A stretch of DNA of 64,000 nucleotides from Minisyncoccota bacterium (GCA_043780835.1 JAYWCB010000010.1:2845-66844), one strand, 5' to 3'. Positions 10,135-20,468 are shown, numbered from the stretch's first letter. Numbers and translations: made by a program. Notes: generated by a model from the sequence alone, not told the origin.

Positions 10135-13100
10135 CTAATATTTAATAATCATTGTACCTTGTTTCGTCAAAACCTGCGGAACGACGAGTCCGTTGAGTGT
10201 TTTAAGTTTCGAGCGTAAAAGCAATAACGCAGATTGAAGTGAAGGATCAGCTATATCATCTGCTGCCGTCGTATTTATGACATATGTTTTATCAACTAAA
10301 GATGAGTAGATCGAGAGCGCACGATCTGTAGGTGTTTTTATCGCGCTAATAAATAATGTGTATTTGCCAGTCTTGTCTGTAGACCAGAAATAGCGAATCG
10401 TTGTAGTAGCGTTCGTAGAAGAACCAGTGGAGTACGAAAATGAAGGGATGATCAAGGTTGCGTAATTAGACTGTGCCGTGTTTTTTTGGATGATTAAAGT
10501 TAGTGAATTTGCATAAGAGTCACTTACTTTTAACCCGGCAGCAGTAGCAATAACGCTTGCAACAGAACGATCATCTGTTCCCAAAAACTCAACGCGTTTT
10601 GTTGTGGTACCGAAACGTATTGTTACCTCTGGTGGCACGGTGTCAAATAATGTAACTCCTCCAATCCTAGGCAAGAGTGTTATATCCACATTTCCGTCAC
10701 CATTTGAATCTATTCGCATGGGAGAAACCGTTGTGATATCAGACTGGACGTCTAAACTAACTTTCGTTTGTGGTGTGGTCGGAATGTCTTTAAAGGTCGC
10801 TTTGGCAGTCTGCGAGTCGCCAATGAATTGCTCTACGCTGAAAGAGAATGTTCCCGTAGCATATCCGCTCATTATGATGCGATTGGCACTATCGGTACCT
10901 GAATACAAATACTTTACGCCGCCAAGTTCCATGTAATAAGTGCCTGGAATTCCTGCTTCAATCTCACCCGTAGATGTGGAAATGCCCGTGTGATTACCCG
11001 CTCGATCATACAGATCGAGAGTAAGGGGAGAATGTAGTTCATATCGCAGTCGTTTATTCACTGCATGAGGAGCTGCGAATGAGAGATATGAATACTTAAA
11101 AATCGGCTTTGTCGAACTTGATATATTATCTACGATAAAATTATCGAGATCTGTTATTTCGAGTATATCTTTATGATTAAAGGGTCGAAGAATGGTTCCA
11201 CCTGACGCAATAAGATGATCAATATTGTAGCTACCTATGTCCACCCAATAATCTTTGACGTTTGGTATTGATGCAGCCATCCATAGTGCGCTCGGCACCA
11301 CCACCGTTCCATCACCATCTACAGTAGTACTTGCCGTAAGCGTAAGTCCCTGATCGCAGAAATTGCTACAAAATACGGACTTTGTAGTGCTCGAGTATTG
11401 AATACTTTTCAGGGTTGTTGGAATTCCCCATCCGGCAATTTGTATTACTTGAATACCTGCAGGAGGTATCCACGCATCAAGAATCGCATGCGTATGTTGT
11501 GCTTGTGCTAGTAAGTAGGCATTCGCTTGTATAGGCATTGTTGTGTTTGAACTGGTTTTATCGACACGCTCATATGAGTCTATTAAGTACGAACCAAGGG
11601 TCTCTACCGAATGAATCGTGTTGCCATATTTCCCAGACCATACGGGAAGTGTCTGAGCATCAAACGTAACAACGGGATCGTCCACATAGGTAAAGTAGCT
11701 TTGCGAAGGCAATAGATTGTATGCAACCGGAGCGTTGGCCGAGAATTCTCGCCCGGCTTGAGCAGATATTATGAGAGGCAGATAATCTGAAGGCATGCCT
11801 TGTTTGTTTCCGTGTAGAATCGCTGCCACCGCCTGCGGTGTTCCGACCTGAGGAACAGCCACGAAAATGAGCTTATCGACATAGCGAGCGAATTCGGGGT
11901 GTGCTACGAGTAACGCCTTGATCACTAATCCACCGTTTGAATGCGCGACCACTGTTACTTTCCCCGTTCGAGAACTCGAGGCCAATCGCATTAACTCAGC
12001 GGCAATGTACGGAGTAGCAGTTGCATGCAGATACGATATCTTTCCATTCGAATTAACTCCGCTGCTTAAGATGTCATCCAATGAAAGTCTCCAGTCATAT
12101 GGCACAGCCGACCACTCATGTATTGAGGATGACGCGACAAGAGCATCCATCTTTTGCATGAAAGTTTTATAAATGTTCGGTCCGGCAGCAGATACATACG
12201 CCTCGTCTAGCACGTCACGAGTATATATTTCTGATTGTGGTGAAGTGATGTCTTCCTTCCCCTGATCATTAAGCTCCAAATTATAAACATCTGCATCCGT
12301 TTTCGGTTCCCAAATCTGATGCTGACTGTTCGGTGCCTCGTCAGGTCTTGCTGGTCGATACAGACGACTCCCTCCTACTCCCGGTAAGAACATAACATTC
12401 GAATTGCAGTTAAGAGTGCACGACGCAGTGGTGGTCGCGGTAGTGGTGGCTGTAGAAGTGGCGCCATTGGTGTGAATGCGGAATGCGTAGTCAATGTAGC
12501 CGGGTGCATTGAGGCTCGGATTTTGTAACAAATTAGCCCGATTATCAGTATCTCGACCGTATATGCAGCCGGTTGTTGATGCGTGGTACACGTCTGTTGA
12601 ATGTCCATAATACGTGCTGGCATATGTAGATGGGTATACCTGATACGAAAGCATTTGATAACAGCGAGAAGGATCGGGCGTAAAAGCGCTTGGGAAATCA
12701 AAATGATATGTGTGGTCGCCTTCGATTGTCTCTTGCAGATTTTGAGGTGTAAATTCATTGGTTTGTGCACTGGTTGCATCGTATTCGCGAATCGTTGCCA
12801 GTATAAGATTGCCCGGAACAGCACCAACACGAACATCAATCCCCGTTACCGCGTTCCCTTCGGAAAACGATCCGTTACCCAGATTCTGCAATGCCGCGCT
12901 TGTGCCCTGTGCAGCAAACGAAAAGTCCGCATTCAGACTGCCATATGTTTTACCTGTTGGAGTAATTGGTGGGGTCGCGGTGGCCACGTTTCCGTCGTCA
13001 TAAATCACAAACGAATAGTCGACGATGCCGTGGCCATTCATCGCAGGGTTTTGATTGAGACTACTTATATCGTCACTGTTATACCCGTATACACACCCTG

Positions 13101-13539
13101 CCGATGAGGCAGTATATTTTTGACTCGACCATCCATAAAAATCCACCGGCGTATTGTCGGATTCCGAGACGATCAATGTGTAACAACTGAATGAGTGCGG
13201 AGTGAAAGGTGCGAAAGCAAAATGATAGACCGCGCTGCCTGATGTTGCCGCCTGACCAGCAATTGCAAAATAATAGGTAACATTCCCCGTTACGATGTCG
13301 TGTTCCTGGATTTGGGTGTAGATCATGTTCCCGAGAGTCGTTGATGCGCGCACATCTACACCCGTTACTGCGGCCCCGTGTGTAAAGTTGCCGTTGCCGA
13401 GATTTTGAATACTCGAGTATGAAGACGGCACTTCAAAAGACCTATCAAACCCGACGTCTCCATGCGTTGCTGCAGCAGACATAGTAGGCAGTCCCAACGC
13501 CAAAGCCGCAATCGCCCAAGCGGCGATCTTTTTGTTCAT
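10135..13539 (-). CDS. Large secreted alpha/beta-hydrolase (LCAT/phospholipase-like) with duplicated N-terminal domain
   Basis: Signal peptide; FLPGVGGS, PYDWRLS, VAHSNGG nucleophile elbow, DGDGTV; QNLGNG.F..G.AVTG.DVR occurs twice. Confidence 0.8.
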   Translation of the reverse strand: MNKKIAAWAIAALALGLPTMSAAATHGDVGFDRSFEVPSSYSSIQNLGNGNFTHGAAVTGVDVRASTTLGNMIYTQIQEHDIVTGNVTYYFAIAGQAATSGSAVYHFAFAPFTPHSFSCYTLIVSESDNTPVDFYGWSSQKYTASSAGCVYGYNSDDISSLNQNPAMNGHGIVDYSFVIYDDGNVATATPPITPTGKTYGSLNADFSFAAQGTSAALQNLGNGSFSEGNAVTGIDVRVGAVPGNLILATIREYDATSAQTNEFTPQNLQETIEGDHTYHFDFPSAFTPDPSRCYQMLSYQVYPSTYASTYYGHSTDVYHASTTGCIYGRDTDNRANLLQNPSLNAPGYIDYAFRIHTNGATSTATTTATTTASCTLNCNSNVMFLPGVGGSRLYRPARPDEAPNSQHQIWEPKTDADVYNLELNDQGKEDITSPQSEIYTRDVLDEAYVSAAGPNIYKTFMQKMDALVASSSIHEWSAVPYDWRLSLDDILSSGVNSNGKISYLHATATPYIAAELMRLASSSRTGKVTVVAHSNGGLVIKALLVAHPEFARYVDKLIFVAVPQVGTPQAVAAILHGNKQGMPSDYLPLIISAQAGREFSANAPVAYNLLPSQSYFTYVDDPVVTFDAQTLPVWSGKYGNTIHSVETLGSYLIDSYERVDKTSSNTTMPIQANAYLLAQAQHTHAILDAWIPPAGIQVIQIAGWGIPTTLKSIQYSSTTKSVFCSNFCDQGLTLTASTTVDGDGTVVVPSALWMAASIPNVKDYWVDIGSYNIDHLIASGGTILRPFNHKDILEITDLDNFIVDNISSSTKPIFKYSYLSFAAPHAVNKRLRYELHSPLTLDLYDRAGNHTGISTSTGEIEAGIPGTYYMELGGVKYLYSGTDSANRIIMSGYATGTFSFSVEQFIGDSQTAKATFKDIPTTPQTKVSLDVQSDITTVSPMRIDSNGDGNVDITLLPRIGGVTLFDTVPPEVTIRFGTTTKRVEFLGTDDRSVASVIATAAGLKVSDSYANSLTLIIQKNTAQSNYATLIIPSFSYSTGSSTNATTTIRYFWSTDKTGKYTLFISAIKTPTDRALSIYSSLVDKTYVINTTAADDIADPSLQSALLLLRSKLKTLNGLVVPQVLTKQGTMIIKY

Positions 13540-13612
13540 GACATACAGTATGCCAATCTATGAGCAATTCATCAACATATCCACATGTGTATACGTTATG
13601 TGCACAATACCT

Positions 13613-13638
13613 ATTAGCGGTCCTATAGGATTGTTAAT
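13613..13638. repeat. 26-bp palindromic repeat, left copy
   Basis: attagcggTCCTATAGGAttgttaat; 23/26 identical to 14203-14228. Confidence 0.85.
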
Positions 13639-14196
13639 ATGTCGAGTCAAATGGAGCAAAAACTTGTAAGAAAGTTGCGACGGACTAAAATGCAGGACGC
13701 TATACTCTCCTCACTCAAAATCGCCGGCATTTTAACCATCGCAATCGCCGCGCCAAATTTGGTGCAATTGTTAAAAAGACAGCTGACTAATCGCTCGATT
13801 CAAGGCGCATCTGAGCGACTTGCACAAAAAGGATTCATTGCATGGCAACATATAGACGGAAAAAGATTTATGCAGCTGACCGCCAAAGGAGAAGCGTATA
13901 TAAACGCAAGAACCATGTCGATCGCAAAGCCAAAACACTGGGACGGTAAATGGCGAATCGTCATATTTGATATTGCTGAGCCTCGAAGGAGGCACCGTAC
14001 ACAGTTGCGTAGAACGCTCATCGCGCTTGGTTTCAAACGGCTCCAAGATAGCGTGTGGGTATTCCCCTATGACTGCGAGGAGCTCATTACCCTTTTGAAA
14101 ACGGAGTATGGCCTTGGCAAAGAAGTTTTGTATATCATCGCGGATTCAATCGAGAGAGATTGGGAAATTATAGATCATTTTAAACTGAGGGATTAA
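13639..14196 (+). CDS. PaaX-like wHTH plus Cas2-like central-domain protein
   Basis: LTAKG wHTH end; WDGKWRIVIFDI...LR..L..LGF.RLQDSVWVFPY. Confidence 0.85.
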   Translation: MSSQMEQKLVRKLRRTKMQDAILSSLKIAGILTIAIAAPNLVQLLKRQLTNRSIQGASERLAQKGFIAWQHIDGKRFMQLTAKGEAYINARTMSIAKPKHWDGKWRIVIFDIAEPRRRHRTQLRRTLIALGFKRLQDSVWVFPYDCEELITLLKTEYGLGKEVLYIIADSIERDWEIIDHFKLRD

Positions 14197-14202
14197 TTGC
14201 AG

Positions 14203-14228
14203 ATTAGTGGTCCTATAGGAGCGTTAAT
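14203..14228. repeat. 26-bp palindromic repeat, right copy
   Basis: attagtggTCCTATAGGAgcgttaat, 6 nt after the stop codon. Confidence 0.85.
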
Positions 14229-14452
14229 GTGTACTTATGAATTGAAAGGTGTATGGAGACTGAGAGGGCTGTGAAGAAAAAGGACGGTCCTTTTTGGGGT
14301 GTGTGGTTGGGTGGGTGGGTGGGTTGGATGTTGGTGGGGTTTGCTGGAGAAGTGGGAGGATGTGGTGGAAGGGTGACGGTGGGAAAAGAAAAAAAGGGGG
14401 TGGAAATACATCGGTAACGGGGGGGGTGAAGTGAGAGGCTTTGCGATCTTCC

Positions 14453-15286
14453 CTATTTGATTCCGGCGTCGGTTTTGATTTGAGCAGCGAGCTGGGTTTG
14501 GCCTTGTTTGGTTGCGTTGTCGATTGCGGCCTGGAACATCGCCATTGCCTCGTCGGTACGACCGAGTTTTTTTAGATAGACAGCGAGCGTGTACTGCATG
14601 TCTACAGCACGCGGATTGGCAGCGATCGCCTTTTTGAGAATGTCTTCGGCTGCAGAGTTAGACGGTTTATAGGAAGTTTCGCTGTAAAGCGTAAACAAGT
14701 TGCGGTATGGGTTCGTGTCGTCAGGCTTGTTTACTATAGCTGCAAGAAATTCCTTTTCTGCTTTCGGGTAGTCCTTAAGATAACTCATGTACAGCTCGCC
14801 TAAATTATTATGCGATGCGTGATTTGATGGCCATTGCGCCGAAGTGTATTGCCAGACCTGCTTTGCGGTTTCGTAATTACCCGCCATGAAGTTCAGCGTG
14901 CCTACATTGATCCACGCGTTGAAATCGAGCTTGTCTTTTGCAATATCGTTAAAGGCCAATGCATAACCGGATTGCAATGTATGCTTTTCTGCAGGAGAAA
15001 GTTTTGCGGTGAATTGCAGAGCCATTGGAATAGTCGGGGCTTTATATGTCACCGTTGCTTTCTGACCATCCGTAAACGGCACAACGCGTGTGCTTCCGCT
15101 CTCTACCGCAGACTTGGTAAGGGCCGCAAACGTTGCGCTAGAAGTTGTAGCAGCAGATTTAGCATTCGTCTGCATGGCTAAGGCATGCTGATGATTCTGA
15201 TAGAGATAACCGGCCGCAATAAACGCGATCGAGATCACTAAAAGGGCGCTCGCTCTAAGTGTGGATTGATTCATGGTGGCCATCAT
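14453..15286 (-). CDS. Membrane-anchored TPR protein
   Basis: N-terminal TM; AWINVG, HNNLG, YRNL TPR-like helices. Confidence 0.8.
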   Translation of the reverse strand: MMATMNQSTLRASALLVISIAFIAAGYLYQNHQHALAMQTNAKSAATTSSATFAALTKSAVESGSTRVVPFTDGQKATVTYKAPTIPMALQFTAKLSPAEKHTLQSGYALAFNDIAKDKLDFNAWINVGTLNFMAGNYETAKQVWQYTSAQWPSNHASHNNLGELYMSYLKDYPKAEKEFLAAIVNKPDDTNPYRNLFTLYSETSYKPSNSAAEDILKKAIAANPRAVDMQYTLAVYLKKLGRTDEAMAMFQAAIDNATKQGQTQLAAQIKTDAGIK

Positions 15287-15321
15287 ACATGAGACGAGTC
15301 GGCTTTGCAGCCCTTACCAAA

Positions 15322-15360
15322 ACGAAAAGCCCTCTCTCCTTTCGGAGAGAGGGCTTTCGT
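15322..15360. terminator. Terminator hairpin after the S-layer-like gene
   Basis: acgaaaagccctctctcc-tttc-ggagagagggctttcgt. Confidence 0.75.
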
Positions 15361-15415
15361 CTATGACCGCGAGCTTACGCTCGGTGAAGTCATATGAGGT
15401 AATTCCTAAGCGGAA

Positions 15416-18400
15416 TTACTGATTACGTGTCTGGGTGATACCAGAGCTCGAGAGTCCAGGAACGCCACGACCGTTGCGCCAATCTGTATTAGCGGTGTCG
15501 GAGATGAGCGTTGTGGATGTCGAGTTTGGAGTCCAGAGGAAGTTCTGGGTCGAGACCGTACTCGTCGCACCCGTGTTCGTGCCGCTAGCATCTCCAAGAA
15601 GAATCGTCGTGATTGACGAACCAACCTGTACGCCTGTTACAGTCGCGCGAAGTTCGAAGTAGTACGTGGATCCCGCAGGAACCTGGACGATGCCTGCAGG
15701 TGTTGCTGTAACACCATTGGTGTTAACAACAATCGTCTGCGCACCAGTCACACCCGCTGTGTTCAACGGAGCTACGTTAAGCGGATTACCCCCGTTTACC
15801 GCGCTGCTCTGGAAGTCAGAGTTCTGGAATGCGTAGAGATTGAAGTTCGTTGCAGTTACAGACGAAGTCGCAACTGTGAACGTGAACTTCGTAATACCTA
15901 CGTCACCTCCAGCTCCTGCCAACACAGAGAAGCGGATGAGCTTACCGTCTGCAACACCTGTCGAGCTCATTGCTACCTGTCCAACGGACGGGAAGGTGCG
16001 CTCGATTCGTACGCCTTCAACATTTGTATTGCCTGTTGCGTAGATCGTGTTGCCAGAGTTGTTGCCGGTTGCCTTTGCTCCACTGAAGTTGAGCACGACA
16101 ACACGACCAGGTGTACCCACCTGACTTGGGCCAACGTTTGCAACGTTTGCCTTAATCGTGAGGACTACATCTGTGTCCTTCGGCAAGGTAACCGGTGTCG
16201 AGAGTGTCGACGTTGCGGTCAAGCTACCAGAAGTGAAGCTGATTGTACCTACCTGAGTTGCGCCGTTCCAGATTGTTGCCTGGAGAACGTCGGAGTTGAC
16301 ACCGGTAGAACCGGTGATACCGAGCTCAGTGAGGGACATGTCTTCACCTGTACCCTTGAGCTTGATAGCAGCTACCGTGATACCTACTGTACCGCCGGAA
16401 GCGAGAGTAAACGACGGTGACAAGTTCGATTGTGAAGCCACAAGCGCACTCGTACCGACAGTTTGCGTACCACTGTTAGAAGCAGTTGCAGTGAGGTTTG
16501 TTCCTGCTACGAGGGACGAACCGGACTGAACGCCTGTTGCAGCGTATGTGCTAGGCGTAGCAGGTACACCAGTGGTGTATCCGAGCGTAGCAGCAGACGA
16601 CAGGTTGCACTTAACAGCGAGGGTCACAACTGCGCCCTTAGCAACTGTAAGTGAGTTGTCGAACGTGAAGTTCGTAACACCGGTAGCGATCGGAGTGACC
16701 GTGTTGGAGCCGGTGTTTACAGCTGTCGTACCGTTCCACAGCTGACACGCGCTAACGCCCGTGATGTTGCTGAAGTTGACCGGCACCTGGTTCACGCGGA
16801 TGTCTTCACCCGACTGCGATGCGTCGAGCTGGATATTCGCGAGTGTTACAGCAGAGCCACCTGCAACGATCGACTGAGCTGCAGGACTTGCAGCTGCTGT
16901 GATGTTGAGAGTTGCACCACGAACAGTCATCGTGTTCAGGGTGAACGTAGAAGCTGGGATTACGACAGTGTTACCTGTCTGTTGGCCCGTGACTCCTGTG
17001 AAGTTTGCTGTGTTGACAGTAACTGCGTAGGTAGCACCGTTTGGTACACCTGTAGCTACCTTGCCCTTGATTGTGTAGACGTGTCGACCAGACTTGAGTG
17101 TGATCGAGTTGTTGAACGTAACCAAGGTGTTGACTGCATCAACCGGTCCTGCGAGCACTACACCGGCATCATCCACGAGGGTGACGTTGGTGAGCTGTGC
17201 AGAAGTTGATGTTGCCAAACCGTAGATGTTAAGCGCGATGGTTTGCACCGTAAGCGCCTCACCCTTGATATCTGCGACGAAGCCGCCGAGATTCTGGTTC
17301 GGGACGTTGACTGCGATGTTCTGAGATGGCACTTCTGTCGCGCGAGCGATAGAGGTAACCGATGAACCCTGAACAGTTACAGTTGAGCCTTGGAACATTG
17401 GCTGTGCTGGTGTGACACCAGTACCAAAGAAGCCAGAAGCGTGTGTGGACAACGACGACGGAGTTGCACCTGTAAAGGATGCAGACGTCGGCGTGATTCC
17501 GTAGCCGTAGGTTTGACCGACGATGTAGATGTCAGACGGACGATCGATATCGAATTCGATCACGCGAGTGTTCGAATTGGTACCGGTGATGTCTCCCATA
17601 ACGTACACATCGGCAGAATTACCCTTCGTCATCAGGATGCCACCAGCGACCGTAGTCGTGAAGTAGCGACCGTCAGCAGAGACCGTTGTCGGGTAGCTCG
17701 TGCCGTTGATGACTGTCATGACATTCGAGATGTCAGACGCGCTCGCGGAACCATTGAGGCGCCAACGAACTGAGAAGAGGCGAACGTCTTCCTGAGAACC
17801 CGCAGTGATGCGGATGCCTGAGAACTTAACTGCAGTATCACCGATGTTCTTTGTCTGAGCCGAGTTTGGATCAAACGAAGAGTTGGCGATGGTAGCTGTA
17901 CCAACAGAAAGCGAAGCATTGATTGTCTGGTTTGCGCCCGAGATCGGGAGTGAACCGGAAACTGTGCTTGTTGTGTTGATTCCAGTTACCTGGAGAGCAG
18001 CAACCTGTCCTGCGAATGCAGAGAGGTTGGCGTTCATGTTGCCGGCGACCGTAAAGGTCATCGACTGTCCAGCCTGGAGGGTCATCGTTTCACCGATGGT
18101 TGCCATGTGGTTCGTGTCGAATGTGCGCGGTGTTCCGATTTGGAGACCGTTTTGATCGAGAAGAACTACACCTGCAAAGACACCGTCTTGCGCGAGGCCG
18201 GTGCGAGTGACCGTGATGCCGTTGATTGTAACTGCAGCGTTCGACGAATTCGTGAGCGTGAAGTTAGTGAACGGTACGCGGGCAGATCCTGCCGGAGCGA
18301 GCGAGTTGGCTGGCTGTGAGCCTGCAGAAACCATAAGGGTTCCTGGAGTTGAGCCCGGAGGAGGCGTTGTGCCACCTGTCGTGCCGCCAGTTGTCGTGCA

Positions 18401-18853
18401 AAGCATGTTTGCCTTTGCGCGCGTGGAAACGAACCAGTTACCGGTTCCCTTCGAAAGTCCGTTCGGCGTGAGGATGTCTGCCGCGTACTTGTTCTGGAAC
18501 TTGACCACTGCACGCTTAGTTGCAGGACCAAAGGTAGATGTTTCGTTGCCAGCTGAACCAGCGCCGCTTACCGCGACCGTGGTGTCTGACGATTTGTTAA
18601 GGAATTTCTGCAAGTTCATGACTTCAGCTCCCTTTGAACCCATTTTGAGATTCGCGGTGAACGTGAAGCTGCATGAGGTGCTCGATGAAGAGCCCTGAAG
18701 TGCAGCGATTTGTGCGAGCAGTGCGTTGATTTGAGACTGCATGTCCATCGTGGTTGCTGCCTTTGCCGGAGCGGCAAAAGAGAAGACCGAGAGGATCATA
18801 CCGATACCCAAAAGCACAGCTGCAACATTCTTTGTTGCTAATGCTTTACTCAT
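15416..18853 (-). CDS. Large surface/S-layer-like protein with peptidoglycan-binding domain
   Basis: Signal peptide; LKMGSKGAEVMNLQKFLN...FGPATKRAVVKFQ; T/S/G/V/N-rich repeats. Confidence 0.8.
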   Translation of the reverse strand: MSKALATKNVAAVLLGIGMILSVFSFAAPAKAATTMDMQSQINALLAQIAALQGSSSSTSCSFTFTANLKMGSKGAEVMNLQKFLNKSSDTTVAVSGAGSAGNETSTFGPATKRAVVKFQNKYAADILTPNGLSKGTGNWFVSTRAKANMLCTTTGGTTGGTTPPPGSTPGTLMVSAGSQPANSLAPAGSARVPFTNFTLTNSSNAAVTINGITVTRTGLAQDGVFAGVVLLDQNGLQIGTPRTFDTNHMATIGETMTLQAGQSMTFTVAGNMNANLSAFAGQVAALQVTGINTTSTVSGSLPISGANQTINASLSVGTATIANSSFDPNSAQTKNIGDTAVKFSGIRITAGSQEDVRLFSVRWRLNGSASASDISNVMTVINGTSYPTTVSADGRYFTTTVAGGILMTKGNSADVYVMGDITGTNSNTRVIEFDIDRPSDIYIVGQTYGYGITPTSASFTGATPSSLSTHASGFFGTGVTPAQPMFQGSTVTVQGSSVTSIARATEVPSQNIAVNVPNQNLGGFVADIKGEALTVQTIALNIYGLATSTSAQLTNVTLVDDAGVVLAGPVDAVNTLVTFNNSITLKSGRHVYTIKGKVATGVPNGATYAVTVNTANFTGVTGQQTGNTVVIPASTFTLNTMTVRGATLNITAAASPAAQSIVAGGSAVTLANIQLDASQSGEDIRVNQVPVNFSNITGVSACQLWNGTTAVNTGSNTVTPIATGVTNFTFDNSLTVAKGAVVTLAVKCNLSSAATLGYTTGVPATPSTYAATGVQSGSSLVAGTNLTATASNSGTQTVGTSALVASQSNLSPSFTLASGGTVGITVAAIKLKGTGEDMSLTELGITGSTGVNSDVLQATIWNGATQVGTISFTSGSLTATSTLSTPVTLPKDTDVVLTIKANVANVGPSQVGTPGRVVVLNFSGAKATGNNSGNTIYATGNTNVEGVRIERTFPSVGQVAMSSTGVADGKLIRFSVLAGAGGDVGITKFTFTVATSSVTATNFNLYAFQNSDFQSSAVNGGNPLNVAPLNTAGVTGAQTIVVNTNGVTATPAGIVQVPAGSTYYFELRATVTGVQVGSSITTILLGDASGTNTGATSTVSTQNFLWTPNSTSTTLISDTANTDWRNGRGVPGLSSSGITQTRNQ

Positions 18854-19501
18854 AGTTATATTTTGACCTTTGTATTCCTGGCATTCAATAAAAGAATGCG
18901 AGGAACCGTACACGTATTCATTCGACGTGATTACCTGTACGTTTGTTTTGCGAACCCTCTATTAATAGAGTGTCCACTAATAATGTATTTGCTAACCCTT
19001 GGCTCCTTGCTAATTGTCGACGCGGAACGAAGGGAGTAGCAGCGAGATGGGATGTGTCGTATACAGCGTTTCAATCGTGCCCGACACACGCGAAGCGTAT
19101 GAACGGGTCCGTCACACTTTGCAGTGTGTCGGATCGGGAAAATCAGAACGACGAAAACTCATGAGCATACGTTCATTCGTCATGCCTCATGAAAACATGG
19201 TGATGCGATCACCAGAATCTGTTTCAATATATAAAATGTCAAAGAGCGACACAGAGGGCAAGGTGCTTCCCTGTGCAACGCATGAAGTATGCGTCCGCAC
19301 AATTATATACTGGAAGCCTGAATACACCTGTCTGAGCAAAACTCCGTTTTGTGGATAACTTGTGAGTAAAAACGGCCCTAATTCAAGCCGATTCTACGTC
19401 CCCCAAGTTACCGGCGCAGGATACTGCACCGCCCCACAGGAGTCAATTAAGGAGACGTGCATCACCGGACTATATTTCACTGTAAAATAAGCCGCACAAT
19501 A

Positions 19502-20281
19502 TTACACCACACTGTAGCGGGACCACCGTTTCAAACCGGTCTTTGTGACCCGACCATCCGCAACGAGCCCCAGTAGCTCCCGCTGTATCATTTTCTCGCT
19601 GTATTCGGGCAAATTCGAACAAATATCCTTGATTCCCATCGAACCACTCGATCGCAGAATTTCCAATATACTTTGGGTACGCACGGTTGTTTGTCCATTT
19701 ATCGCATGCGACTTCACTGTCTCGGATACGACGCTTCCGGATCCAGAAGCGTCGCGTGTCATGGAAATGTCCTTAACGTCTTTTACGGCATAGGTCGGGC
19801 TTCGAACCGGCTGTGTGCCTACATCGAGTAGTTCCTCACGCGTTACAACCACACTTTCTGAGAAATTAGTCCTTTGTGATACCTGCATAAAATTACCCAA
19901 TTCGTCGAGCGCCTCAACGATTGCGGTCACATTTTGGGTGGAGGCAAATCCGGATATTGCCAGCATCCGCACGAGCGATATCAAATGCCTGATCGATGAA
20001 ACGACGGTAATAACACCGCCTGAATTCGGTGCCCGCATTTCATCGCGCACATCAAGCAGTGCTGCCAGCAATTTTGTAGATGCGCGACGAGCTTCGTGAC
20101 GGATCGATTCACCGGAATCAATGTGATTCGTGAGCAAATGGACAGCAGCTGCGATACGCTCAGCCCTCCGATATGCTCTATCAGCCGCTCGGTTTTCACC
20201 AAATGGATTGATACGGACATTCTGAGAGTCGAAGAATTTCCCAAGATTTTCTGTCTTTTGTACGTCTTTATGATCGTCCAT
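19502..20281 (-). CDS. Helical N-domain plus C-terminal winged-HTH (DeoR-like) protein
   Basis: IKDICSNLPEYSEKMIQRELLGLVADGRVTKTGLKRWSRY; start set at MDDHKD. Confidence 0.75.
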   Translation of the reverse strand: MDDHKDVQKTENLGKFFDSQNVRINPFGENRAADRAYRRAERIAAAVHLLTNHIDSGESIRHEARRASTKLLAALLDVRDEMRAPNSGGVITVVSSIRHLISLVRMLAISGFASTQNVTAIVEALDELGNFMQVSQRTNFSESVVVTREELLDVGTQPVRSPTYAVKDVKDISMTRDASGSGSVVSETVKSHAINGQTTVRTQSILEILRSSGSMGIKDICSNLPEYSEKMIQRELLGLVADGRVTKTGLKRWSRYSVV

Positions 20282-20468
20282 TTTAGGTAGCGCGATGTCC
20301 GATAGATATAAAGGACGTAATAGCGTTGGGCGATTATATAAAGGACGCGTGAAAACGCAACTTTTTGTGAGCCGTAGGGCACACGGCTTCTCGGACAATA
20401 CTCTTTGCATGGCTCTAGGACTGGATTTTTTGAGTATTCCGAGAGGTGGTGCGTGATATGATATGCGC

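Noticed and set aside
13613-14228. CRISPR array next to a Cas2-like gene
   Set aside because: Only two repeats, separated by a whole gene; no spacer periodicity, cas1 or other cas genes
19350-19358. DnaA box TGTGGATAA suggesting oriC
   Set aside because: Single perfect box with scattered near-matches (3984, 4689); no cluster and no dnaA/dnaN nearby
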